Positions 57,856-64,000 of a stretch of 64,000 bases of DNA are shown here, in pieces (position 1 is the first letter of the stretch; each line of letters starts with the position of its first letter). Source of the stretch: Bacteriovoracaceae bacterium (lineage in GTDB: Bacteria > Bdellovibrionota > Bacteriovoracia > Bacteriovoracales > Bacteriovoracaceae); assembly GCA_018649885.1 (NCBI GenBank), contig JABIHA010000086.1, forward strand, positions 1 to 64,000, written 5' to 3'. The position numbers and the translations under genes are program-made. A model generated the notes under the pieces. The model searched no databases. It saw nothing but the letters and a program-made list of their open reading frames with translations, and was not told the DNA's origin.

Positions 57856-59571
57856 TTAAAACTCCAAATCCCAGTACTTTAGGTCATTGTAGATAAAGCT
57901 AGCATAGCGAAAATTCTTGAGATGGTTGTGATAGAGAAGATAGGATCTATTGTAGAAAATAAGAATCCATGGGTTATCCATATGCACAGTTTTCTCAATG
58001 TCATCTAGGATTCTCTTTCTTTCATTTCCTTTGGTGGCGCCCGCAAGCTTTTTATAGAGCTTATCTACTGATGGGTTTGAATAAGCCGATTTATTGACCC
58101 CTGGTGAGTTTTTACTAAGCAGTAGCTGGATGATATTTTCAGCGACAGGAAAATCATAGATCCAACCATCCATCCAAAATTGAAGATCGCCGGCCCTTCC
58201 TCTTTTAAGGAAATCTTTAAATTCCACTTGCTCAATTTTTATTTTCACACCAATTTTTTCAATTTTCTCTCTTATCCAATTGGCTTGGGAAATTTGGGTT
58301 TGGCTTTTGGATCTTGTTGTATAGGTAAATACGGGAAGGCCTTTGCCTTCAGGGTATCCAGCGCTTTCGAGGTATGCTTTGGCCTTTTTTAGATCATATT
58401 TATAGGGAAAATTTCTACTGGGTGAGTATCCGGGGATACCTGGAAGTAGTATTGAGTTGGCCCTTAAAGATGTATTTTGAGTAAATTTATCTATAAATTC
58501 ATCAACATTAATGGCGTGGGTGATGGCCAGCCTTAAGTTTTTATTTTTTCCCAAAATGGGATCATTCATATTAAAGCCAAGCCATTTGAGAGAAAAGCTG
58601 GGATAGATTTGAAGTTTTACATTTTTTGACTTCATTTCTTGTGAGAGCTCACCACTGGATGTGAGGTGTTTTTGAACTAGCTCTTTTGGAGCTTCAATCC
58701 AATCGATTTCTTTTCTTAGAAATTTTTTGAAAAGCTCATTTTCATCTTTTTCAATAAAAATATTTACTTCATCAACAAAGGGGATAATTCTTTTCTTTCT
58801 CTTTAGAAGTCCTTTGGAGTGAGCATATCTGTCACCTGCATTGGGATAGAGTGAGTTTCTGTAGCTAGGGAATCTTTTGAGTGTTATTTTCTTCCCTTTC
58901 TCCCAATTGGATAAAATGAAAGGGCCAGTACCAATAATATTTTTAGACAAATTATTTTTGTATTTTTTTATAAATTCTATGGGGATTGGAGATACAAATG
59001 ACATTGATAGTAAATGAAGCATTTGATTTTCGGGCTGGTTGAGCTCAATGACGAGAGTGTTGTCATCTTTGGCATAAACGCCTTCAATATTTTCTTTGAG
59101 AAATGAATCCATGTCTTTTACGGTCTTGGTAAAATGGTCAATGCCTTTTACTTTGCCTTTAAATAACCATAGTCCTGCACTTTTAATAGGTGCATAGGCC
59201 ACCCTTTTGATTTGATTCACAAAGTCTTGGGCCTTTACATATCTTTTAGTGTCTCCAAATACAGGATGGTCGTGATAGGGAACATTTTTTTTGATACTTA
59301 TTGTGTAACGTCTTCCACCTTTATCGATTTTAGGAAATCCTTCAGCAAGTAGAGGCTCAGGTTTATAAGGTCTTCTCAAGTAGTGATAAGCGTAGAGAGT
59401 TTCTATAGTCTGGCCAATGGCCTTTAAAGACTGAGAGTCATAGGCACCAGCAGGATCTAGTGTCGCTACTTCAAGTGGGAAGGCCATGTTAATAGATTTT
59501 TTGCTAGTTTTTTGCTTGAAAAAGTTGCAGCTACTAACGGAAAGAAGAAATACTAAGAGAAGATAAGGCAT
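57856..59571 (-). CDS. ABC transporter peptide-binding lipoprotein (SBP family 5)
   Basis: TLDPA, IGTGPF.L..W, FN.NDP, R.AI..AIN. Confidence 0.9.
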   Translation of the reverse strand: MPYLLLVFLLSVSSCNFFKQKTSKKSINMAFPLEVATLDPAGAYDSQSLKAIGQTIETLYAYHYLRRPYKPEPLLAEGFPKIDKGGRRYTISIKKNVPYHDHPVFGDTKRYVKAQDFVNQIKRVAYAPIKSAGLWLFKGKVKGIDHFTKTVKDMDSFLKENIEGVYAKDDNTLVIELNQPENQMLHLLSMSFVSPIPIEFIKKYKNNLSKNIIGTGPFILSNWEKGKKITLKRFPSYRNSLYPNAGDRYAHSKGLLKRKKRIIPFVDEVNIFIEKDENELFKKFLRKEIDWIEAPKELVQKHLTSSGELSQEMKSKNVKLQIYPSFSLKWLGFNMNDPILGKNKNLRLAITHAINVDEFIDKFTQNTSLRANSILLPGIPGYSPSRNFPYKYDLKKAKAYLESAGYPEGKGLPVFTYTTRSKSQTQISQANWIREKIEKIGVKIKIEQVEFKDFLKRGRAGDLQFWMDGWIYDFPVAENIIQLLLSKNSPGVNKSAYSNPSVDKLYKKLAGATKGNERKRILDDIEKTVHMDNPWILIFYNRSYLLYHNHLKNFRYASFIYNDLKYWDLEF

Positions 59572-59610
59572 TGGAATACTGTAATATTATTAAGAAAATT
59601 TGAATACGTG

Positions 59611-59633
59611 CAAGGCGGCTTCACGCCGCCTTG
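59611..59633 (-). terminator. Hairpin downstream of ald (terminator or stabilising element)
   Basis: CAAGGCGGC-TTCAC-GCCGCCTTG. Confidence 0.6.
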
Positions 59634-59640
59634 TTCGTAA

Positions 59641-60747
59641 TTATAATTTTAATTCGGTGTAGGTTAGGTCTAAATCGAGAGCAACTTGTTGATAAACTAA
59701 GTCACCTTTATAGGTATTGATACCTGGTCTGAATATAGGATCTTTTCTAGCAGCTTCATCAACACCCATGCCTGCAATCATTCTAGCGTATCTTAAAGTC
59801 ACGTTAGTTAGGGCGTAAGTTGAAGTTTTGGCCACAGCTCCTGGCATATTGGCAACACAGTAATGGATAACATCGTCGACCATAAAAGTCGGGCTTTCGT
59901 GTGTTGTAGGTCTACATGTTTCAATACAACCACCTTGGTCAACGGCAATATCAATGACCACTGAGCCTGGCTGCATTTTAGAAATCATATCTCTGGTGAC
60001 AAGCTTAGGTGCCCTGGCCCCTGGAACTAAAACAGCTCCAATAACTAGGTCACTTTGCTTAACGCAATCTTCGATATTCATAGAATTTGAAAAAAGGGTT
60101 GTGATTCTATTGTCAAAAAGATCATCCATCTCGGCCAATCTCTTTGTAGAAAGATCAATGGCCGTTACGTCAGCTCCAAGTCCCATGGCCATTTTGATGG
60201 CATTTGTTCCAGCGACTCCACAACCTATGACTGTGACTTTGCCTCTCCTGGTTCCGGGAACTCCTCCTAGGAGTATTCCTTTGCCACCTACATCATGTTG
60301 TAGGTAGTGTGCACCAATTTGTGTGGACATTCTTCCGGCCACCTCAGACATTGGTACTAATAGAGGTAGAGATCCATTGGCCTCTTGAATTGTTTCGTAG
60401 GCAATGCAAGTTGAGCCTGTTTTCATGAGTGCTTTGGTTAGCTCTACATCTGCAGCTAAATGCAGGTAGGTGTAGAGAATATGATGGGGCTTTAAGCAGG
60501 CAATTTCTCTTGGTTGAGGTTCTTTAACTTTTATTATCATTTCTGCTTGTGCAAAAACTTCTTCAAGGCTTGGAAGGATAGTGGCTCCAGCAGTGACATA
60601 TTCGTCATCACTAATACCAATTTCACTTCCTGCTTTTGTTTCAACATATAATTGATGTCCGTCTTGAACTAGCTGTCTAACGCCAGCAGGAACAAGCCCT
60701 ACGCGGGACTCTTTGTTTTTAATTTCCTTAGGAACCCCTATTTTCAT
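59641..60747 (-). CDS. ald: Alanine dehydrogenase (start MKIGVPKE at 60747)
   Basis: [54 protein letters not shown]. Confidence 0.96.
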   Translation of the reverse strand: MKIGVPKEIKNKESRVGLVPAGVRQLVQDGHQLYVETKAGSEIGISDDEYVTAGATILPSLEEVFAQAEMIIKVKEPQPREIACLKPHHILYTYLHLAADVELTKALMKTGSTCIAYETIQEANGSLPLLVPMSEVAGRMSTQIGAHYLQHDVGGKGILLGGVPGTRRGKVTVIGCGVAGTNAIKMAMGLGADVTAIDLSTKRLAEMDDLFDNRITTLFSNSMNIEDCVKQSDLVIGAVLVPGARAPKLVTRDMISKMQPGSVVIDIAVDQGGCIETCRPTTHESPTFMVDDVIHYCVANMPGAVAKTSTYALTNVTLRYARMIAGMGVDEAARKDPIFRPGINTYKGDLVYQQVALDLDLTYTELKL

Positions 60748-60832
60748 GGTTTCTCCTCTCAGTGATTTTAGATAGATAATTGGTTTTTCTAGTAACATGG
60801 CTAAAGTTATTTGGGTAGAAAGAAATGAAGCG

Positions 60833-61651
60833 TTAATACTCCAAAATCTGGCCATCATAAAGGGGAAATACCCCTGGACCGAACCTTTTTTCAGCAAGTT
60901 GAGACAGTTCTGTGTGCTCTAGATCGTGAGTCATATGGATTAGACCGGCCCTTTTCGGTGTAATTTTTTCAATATAATCGAAGGATTCATTAACAGATAA
61001 GTGGGTTTGATGGGCCTGGGGTTTAAGGCAATCTATTATTAAAAGCTCCACTCCTCTGTTAGTTAGAAAGTCTATCACCTTGTCTGGGATTGATTTACAG
61101 TCTACTAAATAGGCCAATTTTTGATGGACTACCGCCAGGGTTTGAGTGTGGCCATGGGGAAGTAGAAAAAAGAAAAAACTTTCACCAAAAATTTTGACTT
61201 CCACGCCTTCTGGAACTTCCACCAGTTTTAATCTCGGTATGCCACCTCCAAGGATTGGTTTTTTTTTGGAAAAAACTTCGTCTTGCTTAAAAATATAGGG
61301 AAAACGAGATCTCAAACTTTCGGCGCATGTGGTCGAAGTGTAGGTAGGTATTTCTTTTTGAGGAGGACCAAAGCAAAAAGGTCTGAGGTCATCTACGCCG
61401 TGAGTGTGATCAGCATGATCGTGAGTGAAAATAACCGCATCAATTTTATCCACTTTATTTTTTAGCGCCTGAGTTCTTAAGTCTGTTGAAGCGTCAATTA
61501 GTACTTTAACTCCAGACCCCGTATGAAGTAGTAGGCTACAACGCATTCTTTGATTCTTTGGGTTATCGCTTTCACACACTTCGCAATGACAACCTATAAC
61601 AGGTACTCCTGTACTAGTACCAGTTCCTAGAATTAAAACTTTGTTCTTCAT
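60833..61651 (-). CDS. PhnP-like metallo-beta-lactamase fold hydrolase
   Basis: LGTGTSTGVP.IGC.C.VC, THDHADHTHG.DDLR. Confidence 0.92.
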   Translation of the reverse strand: MKNKVLILGTGTSTGVPVIGCHCEVCESDNPKNQRMRCSLLLHTGSGVKVLIDASTDLRTQALKNKVDKIDAVIFTHDHADHTHGVDDLRPFCFGPPQKEIPTYTSTTCAESLRSRFPYIFKQDEVFSKKKPILGGGIPRLKLVEVPEGVEVKIFGESFFFFLLPHGHTQTLAVVHQKLAYLVDCKSIPDKVIDFLTNRGVELLIIDCLKPQAHQTHLSVNESFDYIEKITPKRAGLIHMTHDLEHTELSQLAEKRFGPGVFPLYDGQILEY

Positions 61652-61702
61652 TTAGGTATTTTATCTTCTCTGTCATTATCAGGCCATTGGCACGGGCCTC
61701 GT

Positions 61703-63151
61703 TTGTGGTTATTCTTTATCTTGCTACTTTTTTTAGGAATATATATGAATTTAAATATGAGAAGCCTTTTAATCTTTCTACTTTGTGGATCCTTTCTTTT
61801 GTCTTGTTCAACTCCTCAGACTAAGAAGGTCAGTTATCATTCTGATGATCCTTGGAATTTGGATATAAAAGTAGAAAAAGTTGTTTTGAAAAATGGACTA
61901 ACAATTCTATTAGTGGAAAACCATACTCTACCAATTTTTTCTCTTTATACCTTTTTTGATGTGGGATCTAAATATGAGAGGAAGGGGATAACTGGATCTT
62001 CACATTTTTTAGAGCACCTAATGTTTAAAGGTGCAAAGAAATATGGTCCGGGAGTTTTTGAGAAAGCTATTGAGACTAACGGTGGAAGTTCAAATGCCTA
62101 CACCACCATGGATCAAACAGTTTATTACGAAAATATGCCTACCAAGGCAATCGATTTAATTATCGATATGGAAGCTGATAGATTAGAAAATCTTTTGTTA
62201 GAACCCAAGGGGTTTGAAAGCGAAAGAAGCGTTATCCTAGAGGAGAGAAAGTACCGATATGAAAACTCCCCTGGTGGGCAGCTTCTTTTGGCCACCACAC
62301 AAGCAATGTTTGATGGAACCCCTTACGGCGAATCAGTCATTGGAAGAATTCCCGATTTAAAGAAAGTCTCGAGAGATGAGATTCATACTTACTTTAAAAC
62401 CCACTACGCTCCCAATAATGCAGTAGTCGTTATTGTTGGGGATATCATGACCCATGAAGTAGCTCACCTGATGAAAACCAAATTTGGGGGAATCGCAAAA
62501 AGTAAAACTCTCGAAGCGATGAAAAGAGATCTCGATGATGCTTTTTTGTATAAAGACCGTGCTAAATATAAGAAGAGCCACAATATATATGGAGAGTCAC
62601 CCAATCCCGTATTTAGACTTGCCTACAGAGGGGAACCCCTTGGTACAAGAAGAAGCTTAGTGTTAGATCTACTCTCATCAATGTTAGGAGATGGAAAGAG
62701 TAGTTATCTTCACCAAAAATATGCAACCGGAAAAAAGGCCATGGCCGGAAATATTTATGCGTATAACTATAATTTACAAGAAGCCGGATCCTTCTTCATT
62801 GGGGGGCAATTGCTCTCTGGTACTTCTTTAAAGTCTTTCGAAAGAAAGTTGAAAAAGGAAACCAAGACAATTTGTAAAAAAGCGCTTAATGAACGAGCTC
62901 TACAAAAGACGAAGAACCAATACTTAGTATCATACTATAATTCATTGCAAACAAATGATGGAGTCGCCTGGTTCCTAGGTGCTAATGAATCTGTTTTTGG
63001 GGATTACAACACCTATAAAAAAGAATTAAAAATTTATCGTTCAATTCAGTTAGCTGAAGTTGAAGAAGTCTGCCACAGTGTATTTGATGGTGGTAAAAAT
63101 ATATTTTTATCAGTTTGGAATAAGAATCCAAAACATAGGAGAAAGTTTTGA
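61703..63151 (+). CDS. M16 family zinc peptidase, lipoprotein (start likely at 61745 or 61757)
   Basis: L.NGL, G.SHFLEHLMFKG (HxxEH), NAYT..D.T.YY. Confidence 0.93.
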   Translation: MWLFFILLLFLGIYMNLNMRSLLIFLLCGSFLLSCSTPQTKKVSYHSDDPWNLDIKVEKVVLKNGLTILLVENHTLPIFSLYTFFDVGSKYERKGITGSSHFLEHLMFKGAKKYGPGVFEKAIETNGGSSNAYTTMDQTVYYENMPTKAIDLIIDMEADRLENLLLEPKGFESERSVILEERKYRYENSPGGQLLLATTQAMFDGTPYGESVIGRIPDLKKVSRDEIHTYFKTHYAPNNAVVVIVGDIMTHEVAHLMKTKFGGIAKSKTLEAMKRDLDDAFLYKDRAKYKKSHNIYGESPNPVFRLAYRGEPLGTRRSLVLDLLSSMLGDGKSSYLHQKYATGKKAMAGNIYAYNYNLQEAGSFFIGGQLLSGTSLKSFERKLKKETKTICKKALNERALQKTKNQYLVSYYNSLQTNDGVAWFLGANESVFGDYNTYKKELKIYRSIQLAEVEEVCHSVFDGGKNIFLSVWNKNPKHRRKF

Positions 63152-64000
63152 AATTACTCTACACAGTTTGCGCTCTCGCACTTTTTTTTGGGAGTAATTC
63201 CTATGGATTTGAGAAAAAAATTACCAAAGTCGCCTGGTCTGACAGTCTAGAGGTGGTATTTCTTGAAGATCACAGATTCCCAACATATGCTCTTTCAATC
63301 TATTTTGCAGACGGAGCCTTAGGAGATCACAGAGGAAGACTAGGTGAGACAGATGCCATGTTCGCCAATTTAACTGCTGGCACCAATCGTTATAATCAAA
63401 AACAAATTAGTGATGCTCTTGAATTTTATGGAACTTCATTTTCCTATAATGTCACTCATGAATATTCTTCAGTTGGTATTGCAGGTCTTGCCAAGGATTT
63501 TAGACCCAATGTGAAAATGTTATGTCATCTCTTTAAAGATGCCACATTTCCAAAAAGGGAGCTTTTAACTTACAAAAGAAAGCTTGTAAGTGCATTTGAA
63601 AGCATGGCCAGTAATCATTCAGCACTGGCCAATCGGATTTTCAGAGAGCTTTCACTCAAAAATACTCTCTACCAGGCACCTGTAAGTGGGAAAATTAAAA
63701 CCATAAAGAGATTTACCAGCAAATTTTTAGATAAAAAATTGCAGTACTTCAAAAAGAAGGTGAAAAAAAGAATTTATCTTGTTGGTCCTAACAAGCTCGA
63801 TGAACTCAAACGAGTCGTTAGTGAGGAGTGTGACTTTAATATTGCCGGTGCAAGTTTTGTCAGAAGTGTAAAAGATTCTAATGCAAAATTTGCAAAGAGT
63901 AGAAAAATTTATTTAATTCCAGTGCCTAATGCTAATCAAGCGCAGGTGAGAGTGGGCTCTTATCTTGGTCAAAGTGAGATAGAAGAGCCGGACTTAATGT
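63148..64000 (+). CDS. Second M16-family subunit lacking HxxEH; truncated by window end
   Basis: TTG start overlapping the upstream stop; frame reads LEDHRFP…YFADG…L.AGT..Y….I..ALEFYG…A.FP..E. Confidence 0.8.
   Translation, partial: MKLLYTVCALALFFGSNSYGFEKKITKVAWSDSLEVVFLEDHRFPTYALSIYFADGALGDHRGRLGETDAMFANLTAGTNRYNQKQISDALEFYGTSFSYNVTHEYSSVGIAGLAKDFRPNVKMLCHLFKDATFPKRELLTYKRKLVSAFESMASNHSALANRIFRELSLKNTLYQAPVSGKIKTIKRFTSKFLDKKLQYFKKKVKKRIYLVGPNKLDELKRVVSEECDFNIAGASFVRSVKDSNAKFAKSRKIYLIPVPNANQAQVRVGSYLGQSEIEEPDLM

Noticed and set aside
60748..60897. N-terminal extension of ald in the ORF track
   Set aside because: It overlaps the upstream gene; the RBS and family N-terminus indicate a start at 60747.

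Overview
AT-rich bacterial chromosomal segment. Its gene content (TIGR02147-type HTH protein, many secreted hypothetical proteins, solo FliG-C and FliL genes, N-terminally extended HNH protein) suggests Bdellovibrionota, Bacteriovorax/Halobacteriovorax-like; this is inference. Most of the window is housekeeping or accessory genes: cstA, trmH-like, yebC, exonuclease-DinG, class I lysS, pckA, tRNA-Leu(TAA), aat, map, tatC, speE/speB, hldD, dksA-like, htpG, mce, ung, ald and an M16 peptidase pair. The most striking signal is a ~1.4 kb stretch with no credible protein gene (24680-26091) built from five tandem, self-contained transcription units. Each has the same TGTTCC-N14-GGAACA-type operator at a fixed distance from a 17-bp-spaced sigma70 promoter, and each has its own intrinsic terminator. 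Four units encode homologous ~130-190 nt RNAs with two invariant motifs, a covarying 5' hairpin whose loop can pair with a downstream segment (pseudoknot), and an exposed CCUCC loop. I do not recognise this RNA family. Other notable items are a sigma54 promoter with a CsrA-type GGA-hairpin leader before the dksA-like gene, a degenerate stand-alone nuoB-CD-I module, a probable ATC start codon, an HNH gene in a compositionally skewed segment, and direct repeats bracketing accessory gene cassettes.
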